DNA of 64,000 bases from NCBI GenBank assembly GCA_028534125.1, contig CM052818.1:48548001-48612000 (forward strand), given 5' to 3'. How positions within the stretch are numbered: position 1 is the stretch's first letter; the number at the start of each line of letters is the position of its first letter. Below are positions 36,511 to 49,054 of the stretch, piece after piece. The position numbers and the translations under genes were made by a program. The notes below the pieces were generated by a model. That model did no database searches, had not been told where the DNA came from, and saw nothing but the letters and a program-made list of their open reading frames with translations. The DNA comes from Lama glama (lineage: Eukaryota).

Positions 36511-39479
36511 GATTTTTCTATAATAACTTGCTGCCTCCTGCTGTTTATCTTTGCTCATTTAATCCTCCAAACAGCCTCGCCAATTAGCAGTGACTCTTCC
36601 CGTCTTTGCAGAGGTGACCTGGATACCTTCCTTCTCCGTCTGGGACGTTCAGTTAAATCACGAGCTCGTCCGGAAGCCTCCCTTGGTCGCCTCTGCCTTC
36701 CCAGCTCAGGAGGACTGCACCCCTCCCAGCTGTGCTGTCTGCACCCCTGTCATCACGTCATCCCCACTGGGCAGAAACCACGTAGCTCATGGGTTGGCCT
36801 GCTTTCTCCTGCAGCCTGGGTTCTTCCTGTGGACCCCTGCACACTTAAAGACTGATGAACGAATGAATGAATGAATGAAACATTTACTTTGAGAATAAAA
36901 TACACAAAATTCAGTGAGAATAGGAATTTGACAAAATTTCTTTGCAGCTGAATTACTAGAGCCCACTGTGGGAGTGGTCTGTCTAATTATGGTTGAAAAG
37001 CACCATGAGGATGACTCTTGGGGTGTCTTTGATTCATAAATGTTTCCTCAGGCAAACTCCAAGCCGTCCGGCTCTCTCCAGTAACAAGCCCAGCGCTTCT
37101 GACTGCCCGTCGCGGTTTACCTTAGGGGCCTGGCCGGTTTCACAAAGTGGAGCGGAGGAAGCCGTGACCCTACCTGTAGTCCCCAAGCCGTGCCGACGGT
37201 TTTATTCAGACGCGGCGCGCTCCTTTTGCTGGGAACCCACATCGTTTTACCAATGTCAGCTAGTTGTGCAGGGCGACCTTACGCTCTGAGAAAACCTGAG
37301 TCATCAGCTTGAGTAAATCTTAAAACCCCCAAAATGTCTAAAGACGGCAAAAATTGGCATACCCCATTTTTAAGACAAAATTCAAAAGATGTCTCATCGT
37401 TCTTTACATCTCAACATTGGCCCTCAGGGCAGCAAAACGCCCCACCTACCACGTTGGTATTAAATGGATAAAGCCGAATCAGAGGAAGAGCTGGTGCGTT
37501 TTCCACTGGTCTGAGTTCAGGGCGTGGTCCCGGGAGACGGTGCTGGGGCTTTAAAGGTCTGAGGAAGGGACCCCAGATTCTTCTGTGCAAGGTTCACGCT
37601 CTGATTTTCCTGTAGTGTTTACTCTGTAATGTGCATGTGCAGAGAGACCACAAAACCCTGCTGGTGTTTATCTGCTCCTGGAGATAAGCGTCCCTTTGAC
37701 AGAGCACTCCGTTTCAATGTCAAGCACCGTGCAGTGGTGCCTGGGAATGAGAGGCACTTGCCAGGCATCCTGACACTGTGGATCCCGCTTCAGCAGACGG
37801 CGCTACAGCAGGTCGGGGTTTGCCTGTCTGTCTTTAATCATGACGTTGCTTCCACTGTTTCCACAAAAAGCAAACAAATGCCTCCCCTCTTTTTGCCAAG
37901 CAGCCATGTTAATGTGCACAGAAGAAAGAAAGTAAGTTCACTTTTCAGTCCCTAGAAGTTCACCACCCAGACGGGCATCCACACAGGTCAGAGGAATTGC
38001 TCTGTAGGTTGGCTTGTCAGACACACCCACCGCACAGAAGAAATGGAAAGTGCCTGCTCTCAGCAGGAGGCATTTTCGTCTGAAATCTGCAGAAAGCATC
38101 ACCACGCTGGTTGTCCTGGCGAAGGCTTTGGAGAATACTGCCTGCCTGCCTGCCTGAATCCCTCCGGAGGCAGTCCTGGGTTTCTGGAAGAGGCGGGCAG
38201 CCTGCTGTGACCTCGCCACAACCAGGAAGGCAGCAGCGAGCTTGGTGACAAGATGTCAGCTCCTCTAGCCTCCCTGGACTGCAGCCCGCATCTCCCGGTG
38301 ACTGCTCAGTTTCCCAGGTGCTCAGCTCAGTCATAAGGTTCACGAGGACTCCGTGAAAATGCACTGGGATCGATCCTCCTGTTTGGTGACAGTCCCCATT
38401 CAGCAGTGAAAACAACAGAAGGCGGCAGAGGGTGAATTCACTGCCTAACGTGGCTCCCCCAGATGGCTGGACCAGGGCGCCCGACATCCCTTTCCAGGAT
38501 TCCACTCCGTGGGGTCACCGAGGAGCGAGGCACCTGCTTCACGTGGGCAGCGGGCCCTCAGCTGTCTCTCCCTCCCTCTCAGAGCTGCCCTGCGCTCTGG
38601 GATCGGTGGTTGTGGGGCTGCATTTGTAACTGGGTCAAGCGACGGCAATGGAGTGAGTATAAAGTACAGAGTTATCGCTCCTCTGATAAAAACAGGGCCC
38701 CGGCATGCTCTTCATGAGGAAAAGCCACATCGCCGCACTCGCGTGCTGACGGGCCGGCCGTGATGACAGGAGGAACCGCAGACTCGGGTCCAGGGAGCCG
38801 ATCATGACGGGCCCCCAGCGGACCTGGGCCGACAGCTCGCCCGGAGCCTGGGCCCCAGGCAGGCGCCAGGCCACACTGACCCCTGTGAGGGCGGAGACGT
38901 GGCAGGGCCTCCTCCTCCTCCTCCCAGGCTGGCAGGCAGAGCGGACCCGCTGGGCCCCCCAGCCCAGCGCAGAGCGTTCCGAAGCCCTGGGGGTCTCGGG
39001 CTGGGAGTGGAAGCGCGGAGGCTGGCAGGGTAAGCCCCCGTGGGCTGTTTCAGAAGCAGCGATGCTCAGTCATCATGTGGACCTGCGGGCTGCTTAGTCT
39101 TTGTGGCCCCTCCTCCGTCCCCACACCTGCCCCCCATGTTCGTGGGTCCCCTGCAGGCTCATGGAGGGCTCTCCGTTCCTGCAGGGTAATGTGTTTGGCT
39201 TTCCCGCTCACCTTCTTGAGTCTCTGCTTACAGACCTACACAGGCTCCCCGATGTCTCCCAGATCAAGCCGTTCCTAAAGGTGCCTCAGTTCTGGCCCAC
39301 CTTCCAGGATCATCTGCTTCTCTCCTCCAAGCCAGACCACATGGTGCCCAAAGCCTATCCCCTTGTCCACCTGCACTTCCTACCAGCTGGGGGCCCAGAG
39401 GTTCTTGGGTTGAGAATGTTCTTTCCCCTTTATTCCCCTGGAGAACGCACCCTCTTTTAAGGACAAGGTCCAGTTCTCC

Positions 39480-39888
39480 CTCTGTCTGTCTGCTAAGGCT
39501 GCAGTAACAAAGCACCAGCGTGAACAACAGAAATGTATCATCTCCCGGCCCTGGAGGCTGGATGTTTGAGATCAAGGCGTGGGCAGGGCTGGTTCCTTCA
39601 GAGTCCGTGAGGAAGGTTCCGTCCCAAGTGTCTCTCGCAGCTCCTGCTGGCTTGCTGCCAATCTCGGACACCCCTTGACTTGCGGTATCACCTGATTTCA
39701 CCTTCACCTTCACACTCTCCTCTCTCTTTTTATATGGACACAGCCATATCGGATTGAGGCTCACCCCAATGACCTCATTCTAACTCGATCATCTGTAACA
39801 CCCTGTTTCCAAGCACACACACAGCCCCAGGTACTGTGGGGTTAGGGCTTGAGCCTGTCTTTCTGGGGATCATAATCAGCCGTTAAGT
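39480..39888 (-). mobile_element. MLT1-family solo LTR
   Basis: GGCTGCAGTAACAAAGCACCA...AACAACAGAAATGTAT...CTGGAGGCTGG...GAGATCAAGG...GGGCTGGTTCCTT...ATGACCTCATTCTAACT. Confidence 0.9.
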
Positions 39889-39939
39889 CCTTTCCTCACG
39901 TTTCATGCCCCGCCGTCCCAGCCAGGCCCTCTCCCCACT

Positions 39940-39981
39940 GCTGTGGCCCCAGGCCCCCCCCCCCGCTGTGGCCCCAGGCCC
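39940..39981. repeat. 17-bp direct repeat separated by a poly-C run
   Basis: GCTGTGGCCCCAGGCCC at 39940-39956 and 39965-39981. Confidence 0.9.
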
Positions 39982-41039
39982 TCCTAAGCGCACAGGACGG
40001 GGGGAGTTATCTCTCTTTCTGATCCCCGACCCTCTTCTCGGCGCCCCTTGAGGGCAGAAGCAGCGAGGACATCGTTATGCTGGGTCCCCCAACAAGGCCC
40101 CCCAGTAGGGCCAAGAAAGAAAAATGGCTGTCAGCTTGACAGGTTGTTTTGAGTCCTCCTAATCTTCAAATAGGTGAGTGTTATCTCTCCTCCGGATTGT
40201 AAATTCCTTGGGGGAGGGCTCCCGGGCCCTTGCTGCCTTCCCGTTTCCCAGGGCCCTGAGCCAGTTGTAGGTCGGGGAGGAAGCCAGAAAGTCCTGGATC
40301 GGTCCCATCAACACACCCGGAAGGTTTCTGGATCTGCCTGGGTGTTTGTTCGTGAAGAGTCTACGGGGGGAGCCGGCTTGATCGTTTCAGGACTCGTCTG
40401 CACCTCTCATAGGAATAGATGGAGAGGCCCGATTTCTTCCTAACTTCGTTCACCTCTAGGAAGAGAATCTTCCTTCCTGGAACTTCTCTGTAAGTGTCTT
40501 TTGTCTGAGAGCACACGGTTGGTATTTTTCGAAATATCTCTCAGTTGTTCATCTTGACCCTTGAAGTGAATCTCTTAGTAAATATTTTTAGCCTTTAAAC
40601 AAAAGTAGCAAGTGTCACTAACTAATTTGAGGCCAACCTTCCAGAATACAACATGCGACTCTTCAGGGAAAAGAGCTTCCTGACTGTCACCAACAAGCTG
40701 TTTCTTTGCAACCGCCCCTGGTCTCAAGTTTCAAGGTGTGCTTAGGAGCCCGCCAGAGCAAACATCCTGCATTTTGTCCTAGGGCTACACCTTCTAATTG
40801 ATCTAGACACTACACAAAGGAAGCCATCGCTCTCCTTATCGGCCCAGGGAGATCAGCAAATGTGCACTTCCTGCTTCCGCAGTAAATGTTGGTTAGGAAT
40901 TTTCCCTCCCGTCACAGAAGCCTCTGATTTCCCATCTACTGTGCGAGCATCCTTCCTCGGACTGAACGCTCCTGGGAACGGGCACCTGGGGAATGGAACA
41001 ATGGCTGAGAGTTACTTGAATCTTGTTGTTTTTGTCCGT

Positions 41040-41248
41040 AAATCACAGCTTTGTTGAGACACAATTAACACACCGTAACATTCACCTTCTCAGATACACA
41101 AGTCAGGGGGTTTCACAGGGTTGGGCAAACACCCCCACTGCCTGATTCCAGAGCATTTTCATCACCCAAAAGACATCACTTCCCTGTCCGCAAGCGCCCC
41201 CACCCCTGCCCCTGGCAACTGCTAAGCTCCTTTCTGTTTCTGTGGATA
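41040..41248 (-). mobile_element. L1MB-like 3' fragment
   Basis: CAGCTTTGTTGAGACACAATT...TTCCAGAGCATTTTCATCACCC...CCCTGGCAAC..TTTCTGTTTCTGTGGAT. Confidence 0.8.
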
Positions 41249-42348
41249 AAGAGGAAGATCAGCTCGAGGGACCAGCTTGTGTATTTAACGCTGTGCTCAA
41301 TAAACAAGGACGAGGTACCAAGACTCAATAGTAAGTCAGTTTAATTTTCTTGGGAACTCCTTCTATGTTATCCAGAGAAAAAAAATGTGACTTTTCATTA
41401 GGACTGACGGATTCATTTAGTCCCCATGCCTGAGGGCGAGACCAGAAAGAGTGAGTGGCAGGAAGCCTTGACACCCGGTCCTCAGTGCCTCAGGGTGTGA
41501 AGTGGCCTCGCACTCCTGGGAGCCCAAAAACGTGGGGGTGAATCCGTGGCCAGCCGGAAGCGGGCACTCGGGTCAGAGAGGGCTCGTCCTCAGAGCATGA
41601 TCGTGTGAGCAACAGACCCGGCAGACGGCGCTGGGTCCAGGCGCTCAGCTCCTCCAGCAAAGTCCCAGCGCCCTGAGCCCCGGCTGATTCCCGGCTCAGT
41701 GCTAACAGAGCTTGGGTGGGCCGGTCCCCCAGAGGGGTGTGCTGGAGGCCAGACCTGAATTTCCAGTTTCTTTCAGCATCACCTCCCCTTTCGTGCTGGA
41801 TGAAATCAGTAGCTGAATAAAACCTTTCCTATGATGGCTTTGGTGTGTAAAAATCGCAGCTCAGAGGAGTTTGGGGAGAATGTAGACAGTCACCTGTCCG
41901 TGTGTTTACTCAACATGCACTGATGGTTGCCTTGGAAAGTGCACACACACTGCTTTCTGGAGGAGAAGGCTGCAGTGGATCCAGACGCTGTCCTCGGGAG
42001 CTCATGGTCACTTTAGAATACGTGAGAGAAGCAGGAAGAGGGGGCACACTCACCAACAGCCACGTTAGACGCGGAAACTGACATGTCTAGGAGCCAAGGC
42101 TGGAGAAGAAATGGGTTTAGAGTAGGAAGAAATTATTTCCACCAAGTTGATGCAGTCTACAACTACCCACCCCTCACCGTACACGCATGTGCGAGCCTGC
42201 ACACAGGTGCACACGCACTTGGAGGAAACTCCCCGATCACTGAGCACCACGGCTGGTCAGATGCTCTGCTCCTCGCCTTATGTGCATATCCCCCTCTGCC
42301 TTTCAGTAGCCCCAAAACACAGAAGTGGAGTTATTCACTTTTTTCCCC

Positions 42349-43930
42349 AAGGAAAAGAAGAAGAACAAGGGAATCCAAATTGGAAAAGAAGTAAAACTGT
42401 CACTGTTCACAGATGACACGATTCTATGCATAGAAAATCTGAAAGCCACTACCATAAAATGACTAGAGCTCATCAGTGAAGTTGGTTAAGTTGCAGGGTA
42501 CAAAATTACTATACAGAAATCGGTTGCATTTCTTTACACTAACAACAAAATATCAGAAAAAGAAATTAAGGAAACAATCCCATTTATCACTACATCAAAA
42601 AGAATAAAATACCTAGAAATAAACCTACCTAAGGAGGCAAAGGACCTGTACTCCAAAAACTATAAGAAACTGATGAAAAAGACATTGAAGATGACATAAT
42701 CAATTGGAAAGATATACCATATTCTTGGATGAGAAGAATCAATATTGTTAAAATAATCATACTACCCAAGGCAATATACAGATTGAATGCAATTCCTATC
42801 AAATTACCAATGGCATTTTTCACAGAACTGGAACAAAAAATGTTAAAATTTATATAGAAACACAAAAGACCCTGAATAGCCAAAAACGATTTTTTTTTAA
42901 ACACTCTTGAGAAAGAAGAATGGAGCTGGGGAAATCATGCCCCCGATATCAGACTATACTACAAAGCTACAGCAATCAAAACAGTATGGTGCTGGCACAA
43001 ACACAGACACACAGATCAAGGGAACAGGGTAGAAAGTCCAGAAATAAACCCACACACTTATGGTCAATTACTCTATGACAAAGGAGGCAAGAATATACAA
43101 TGGAGAGAAGACAGTTTCTTCAACAAGTGGTGCTGGGAAAACTGGACAGCTGCCTGTATGAAATTAGAACATTTTTTAACACAATATAAAAAATAAACTC
43201 AAAATGGATTAAAGACTTAAATGTAAGACTGGATACTATAAACTTCCTAGAGGAAAACATAGGCAGAACACCCTTAGGCATAAGTCACAGCAATATTTTT
43301 TTCAAACCAGCTCCTAGAGTAATGGAAATAAAAGCAAAATTAAACAAACAGGACCTAATTAAACTTAAAAGCTTTTAACCACTAAGGATACCATCAATAA
43401 AACAAAAAGACAATGTATAGAATTGTGGAAAATATTTGCAAATGATATGAGCAACAAGGGACTAATTTCCAAAATATATAAACAGGTCATACACTTTAAT
43501 ATCAAAGAAACAAGTAACCCAATCCAAAAATAGGCAGAAGATATAAACAGACATTTCTCCAAAGGAGGTATCCAGAGGACCAGCAGGCACATGCTCAGTA
43601 TCGCTAATTATCAGAGAAACGCAAGTCAAAGCTACAACAAGGTATCACCTCACACAGGTCAGAATGGCCATCATCAAAAGGTCTATAAATAATAAATGCT
43701 AGAGAGGGTGTGGAGCCCCTATGGAGGGCAGTATGGGTTCCTTAAAAAAACTAAAACTAGACTTACTATATGATCCAGCAATCCCACTTCTTGGCAGATA
43801 TCTGGAAGGAACTTTAAGTTGAAAAGATACATGAACCCCAATGTTAACAGCCACACTATTTACAACAGCCAAGACATGGAGGCAACCCAAATGCCCACTG
43901 ACAGATGACTGGATAAAGAAGATGTGGTGT

Positions 43931-43973
<43 letters not shown>

Positions 43974-44490
43974 AATACTACTCAGCCATAAAAAAGAACA
44001 AAATAATTCCATTTGCATTAATATAGATGGCCCTGGAGATTATCATTCTAAGTGAAGTAAGTCAGACAGAGAAGGAAAAATACTATATGATATCACTTAC
44101 ATGTGGAATCTAAAAAAAGTAAAAAGACACAAATGAACTTATTTACAAAACAGAAACAGAGAAGAGCCACAGGCATAGAGAACAGCCTTATAGTTACCAG
44201 TCAGGAGAAGGGGATGGCAAGGGATAAATTGGGAGTCTGAGATTTGCAGACATGAACTACTAAATGCAAAATAGATTAACAGCAAGCTGCTTCTGCCCAG
44301 CACAGGGAACTATATTCAGTATCTTGTAGTAATCTATACTGGAAAAGAATATGAGAAGGAATATATGTATGTACATGCATGACTGAAACATTATGCTGTA
44401 CACCAGAAATTGGCACACTGTAATTGTAAATTGACTAAACTTCAATAGTATAATTAATTAATTAATGGGAAAAAAACAGCAAAAAAAAGA
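42349..44490 (+). mobile_element. 5'-truncated LINE-1 (about 2.1 kb): disrupted ORF2 from the RT catalytic motif to the C-terminus, 3' UTR and poly-A
   Basis: GGAATCCAAATTGGAAAAGAAGTAAAACTGTCACTGTTCACAGATGAC gives L-F-T-D-D (decayed FADD motif, 42406-42417). ORF2-like sequence with stops and frameshifts continues through ..LFTTAKTWRQPKCPLTDDWIKKMW.., ending in an A-rich tail. Confidence 0.97.
43933..43970. repeat. (AC)19 microsatellite inside L1 ORF2 remnant
   Basis: Direct reading. Confidence 0.95.
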
Positions 44491-45044
44491 AATTCAGAGT
44501 AACTCAGATATCACACCCCTCCAAGGAACTGAACCCAGGGCCCAAGGATTTACGTTCAGCTTCTGCTCTCACCCGGGAAGCCAGCTGCCTCTCTGACTCT
44601 AAGACGAAGTGACACTGGAGCCGGCTCTCAGCACAGGCGGCATTTGGACAGGTGATATCCAATCCGGTGGAAGGAACAGAGGGGATAGAGCCAGGGCTGG
44701 GGGGACAAGGCGAGCAAGAGGTGGCAGAACAGGGATTCTGGGTCACATCTGTCCCACACAAAGGCTTCCATGCTCAACCCCACAGTGCCTTCTGTAAGTT
44801 GCAGAAACTCTGTACAATTCTCATTGATCAGAGGGCTTTCTAGGATTCGGGTACATGAAAGGCTTTGAAAGCCAAGCAAACCGCAGGGAGGAGGCATGAA
44901 CAGGGCTTCCCCGTGGTCACCAGGCACTAATCCTCCTGTATAATGAGTGCATCCCACAGCTGGGGTGCCCAGCACAGCGTGGCTGACCAGATCCAATAGT
45001 TTCCCAAGAAGAATAAAAATTAGTAGATTGTAGTCCTTTAAAAC

Positions 45045-45170
45045 AACCCAGTTGCCACTCACGGGCAGTGTGACTTTGGAAAATTTGATCCACCTCTCTG
45101 TGCTTCAGTTTTCTCATTTGTACAATATAATGAACACCAACAGGTTTGTAAGGATTGACAGTCTTACCCA
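45045..45170 (+). mobile_element. MIR SINE fragment
   Basis: GTGTGACTTTGG...CCTCTCTGTGCTTCAGTTTTCTCATTTGTA. Confidence 0.8.
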
Positions 45171-46711
45171 CAAGAGTGAGGACCGTGGTGCGGGGCGCCT
45201 AGGGAGCCCCAGCAGATCCCGGTTCTCTCCTCACGGCCACAGTCCCCTCCCAGGGGGCCTGGCGAAGCTCTTGACACCTGTGCTTTCCATGGCTACTTAG
45301 AGAACCGACGGTCTGAGACCAGGGAGTGATTCTTCAAAGGGCACCTGAATGCTTATCTGTAAGCATCAGAAAACCGAGTAGTGCTTAATAGTTGCTAAGC
45401 GTGACGCTACGGGAGGGCACAGGAACGGGAGACCATACACTGGAGACACCTTCCCCACCACTGATTCTCTCGTGTGCCACTTCAAACGGGCAGCAGCAAC
45501 CTGCACCGCCAAACAGGGGACAGGGTGCTGGGTGAGCGCACCGGCGAATGGGTTACTAGAAAAGCACCAGCCGCTAACTGGTCTTGGTCCACCACCCACT
45601 CACTGACTTTGTAAGTGATGCTGAAACCAGTCGTCATCTGTGTCTGACACTGTGGGTTATAAAAGAAAGACATCGTGGTGACTTTTCTGGAGCCACATTC
45701 AATCTTACAGGGACATTCTACATAATTGTTAACGTTAAGACACTTTACACATAATTTACAAGAGAATGGAGTTACCACCTTTGTGTATTCTTCTCCAAAA
45801 TGTTTAACTTGAATCCATTCGAGCTTCTAGTCAGACGGAGGTGAGCCACACCCATCCCGAACATCCTGCCTCGTCCAGCAGGCCGTGCAGTGAGGAGAGC
45901 AGCCATCCTCGATGCAGGGAGACGCGGGGACCACCCAGCTTCACTCGTCATCTGAGTGGGACGATGCTTTGTTCACACAGACGGTAAAGAGCATTGTGAG
46001 ACCAGCGGGGAAACTGCGGGACCCGGGGACACAGTTTAGTCCCGGTCCCTAAAGCTAAGCGCGGGCATTGCACTTCCGTAAAAATGCAGAGGGCATTTTT
46101 AAATGTGACCTGAGAGGTGTGGGTAGCCAATGCTACGTGTTTAGAGGACAGAGGGGCCACCTCAGTCACCAGGGCGGCCAGCAGAACGTGCAAGGCTTAA
46201 CCTGGGTCTGAACTCCGTGCGTGCGGAGGGCTTGGTCGTGCGCGGTGGGTCTTGCTTGGAGAAGGGTCTGATTTCACTTAAATGTGGCTCAGGGAAGGTG
46301 GACCGAGCCCAGCACTTCATGCACAGTGTTGTGTGGGCAAAGACACGGAGGAAGGTGGCCGGACGAGAAGAATTAAAATACGATCAAGCCGCCACTTCCC
46401 CGCCACAAAAACACTCCTCCAGAGAGAAATGAGGCCCCAAGGCTGAGTGGGCGAGCGCACCTGCTCTGATTTCAGGACCCCCGGCTTTGAATCTCTCCTC
46501 TGTCATCACTGCTGAGTCATCTTGGATGGGCTGCTTAACTCGTGCCTCAGTTTACTCGAGTGAAAATGCAGGTGATTACAGCAATCCCATGTCATGGTGT
46601 TGCTGTATCACATGACCCACCCTGGAAAGCCTAGAACAGCCCCGGACCCTTGTAAACGCTAAAGCAGCCTGGAAATGCCTTGGATTCAAAATAATAAATA
46701 AATTCACACAT

Positions 46712-46797
46712 CTTGTACACCAGAAACTCATGCACCGTGGTAAACCAACCATACTTCAACAAAACAAAATTAATGAAAGAATAATTTAAAAAAAAAA
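46712..46797 (+). mobile_element. Extremely 5'-truncated L1 tail (about 85 bp)
   Basis: TGTACACCAGAAAC...AAACCAACCATACTTCAA plus A-tail, flanked on both sides by A-rich...CACACAT (probable TSD). Confidence 0.75.
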
Positions 46798-48342
46798 CAC
46801 ACATGATCTAATATCATATTCATTTAAATACTGAAAGGAGATAAACAATATATTTACAATGGCTAAACCTGAACAGTCAAGTCGCACACTACTTTTAAGT
46901 TTTTTTTCTTTATGCTTATTTGTTTCCTTAATTGGCTACAATTAATAAGTGCGAGGACCATGAATCAATGGTACAATGAAGGCAGAGCAATGCAAATTCT
47001 ATTAGCTGTTCAGCTATGAGGAATAATATATTCTTTGTTTATATAGCACTTAAAGGCTTAGAAAAAAATTTGCATATTTTTTAAATTTGAATCTCCAGAC
47101 AGCCTGTCACTATCTTCATTATGACAATGGAAATAGTGAGCAAAGGGGCCCAACGTTAGGGTTAAATTGCTTTCCAAGGCCTCGGAGTCAGCATTAGAGC
47201 TGGCCTTCCGCACGGCCAGACTTCTCCCCTTTGCAGTGAAAAATACAGAAATGCAATTTACAGGCCATCTTGGTGACGTTTCAGGGCCCCTCGTAGGTGT
47301 CTGTGATGTGCCCTTAGGTCCAGGAACACCTGGAAATCTTCCGCCCCTGCAAAATGAGTGTTTTGGAGGAAGTCAGCCCCAGGCCGCTGCTTTCTTATGC
47401 ATGTTCCCAGCTAATTCTGAAAGCCATGACAAAGCGAGGAGGGCGTGGACGGGCAGGGGTCCTCTGGGCCGATTCAAATGCCTCCGACCTGGTTTTCAAT
47501 CTGAGAAGTCCTGGGAGAGGCAGAGAAAATGCCAGGACACGTGGCGGCCAAGGCTCCAAGCTAAACTCTGCCAAATCCCACGGCCAAGTCCAAGAAGGCC
47601 TTTTGTCTTTCTCTTTCCTGAGGCCCTTGCCACTTCCAAAGCTGTTCCATTGTTCTGGGATTACCTCTCTCGCCCGCCCGTGGGAGAGAGGTAAGAAAGG
47701 GACCTGGTTAATGATTGGTGGCTGATTCATCAGGGACTCTGACGCCCACCTGGGTGAGATGGAGCCAGGAGCTCGGCTGGTGGTGGAGGTGGTGCCGCGG
47801 GGCGTTGCCCAGAGGAGGGTTTAGACCCCATCACCGCCTGGATTCCCGCAGGGTGACTCTGGTGCCCTCGGCTCCCTTCAAGTTTTGCTGATTTGACATT
47901 CTGTCCCCCTAAACTGTTACTTTTACACGTCTGCATTCCCTGACTGACTGACTTGATTGCCCAGAGTTACTAACGTGGGGCTTCACTGGATGGTTACAGG
48001 GGGTCGGGGTGGGGGGGTGCTATGAAAATGAAGGGATTGAAGATTTCAGGGAAGAAAAGTGATTTGTAAGACTTAAAAAAATACCAACACAAAAGGCGTT
48101 GTTAAAATGGAGAAGAGGGAGGAGTGTGAAAGTATACCTTACGTATTTTCTCCCCAGATCCCTGCAGTGCTCTTGTCCATTCGCTGCCAGGCTGACGGGT
48201 TAACTGGACCACTCTGTTCCTTTCGCTCCATCCTCATCACCGCAGGACCATGGGCTGACAGACGTGAAGCAAACAGGGAGGAAGGCCTTTTCATATGCAT
48301 TAAGAACTCCGCCTTTCAAGAATCAGGTACACCCACGGTGTC

Positions 48343-49054
48343 TTTCTTTTAATTAAATTATAATCAGTTACAATGGGTCAGTTTCTGGTGTACAGCATTA
48401 TGTCTCAGTCATGCAAACACATACACATACTCGTTTTCACATTCTATTTCATTATAAGTTACTACGATACATTGAATAGAGCTTCCTGTGCTCGACAGAA
48501 GAAACTTGCTGTTTATTTTATATACAGTAGTGTGTGTCTGCAAGTCTCAAACTCCCAATTTATCCCTTCCCTCCTCCTTTCTCCCCTGGTAACCATAAGT
48601 TTGCTTTCTATCTGTGAGTCTCTTTCTGTTTTGTAAATAAGTTCATTTGTGTCTTTTGTTTTAGATTCCACATACAAGTGATATCATACGGCATTTTTCT
48701 TTCTCTTTCTGGCTTACTTCACTTAGAATGACCTTCTCCAGGTCCATCCATGCTGGTGCAAAAGCATGATTTTATTCTTTTTATGGCTGAGTAGTATTCC
48801 ATTGCATAAATATACCACAGCTTCTTTATCCCATTCAACTGTCAATGACATTTAGGTTGTTTCCATGTCTTGGCGATTGTAAATACTGCTGCTATGAATA
48901 TTGGGGTGCATTATTTTTTCGAATTAGAGTTCCCTCTGGATCTATGCCCAGGAGTGGAATTACTGGCTCATAGGGTAACTCTATTTTTAATTTTTTTTTG
49001 AGGAATCTCCATACTGTTTTCCATAACGGCTACACCAGCTACATTCCCACCAAC
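48343..49054 (-). mobile_element. Young camelid LINE-1 3' end
   Basis: TTTCTGGTGTACAGCAT...TTAGATTCCACAT...GGCTGAGTAGTATTCC...CATTCCCACCAAC. It is the reverse complement of the same family as 43700-44445. Confidence 0.95.

Noticed and set aside
42349..44030. Functional reverse transcriptase gene
   Set aside because: 5'-truncated at the catalytic motif, which is mutated (FTDD). It also has multiple stops and frameshifts and an inserted microsatellite.
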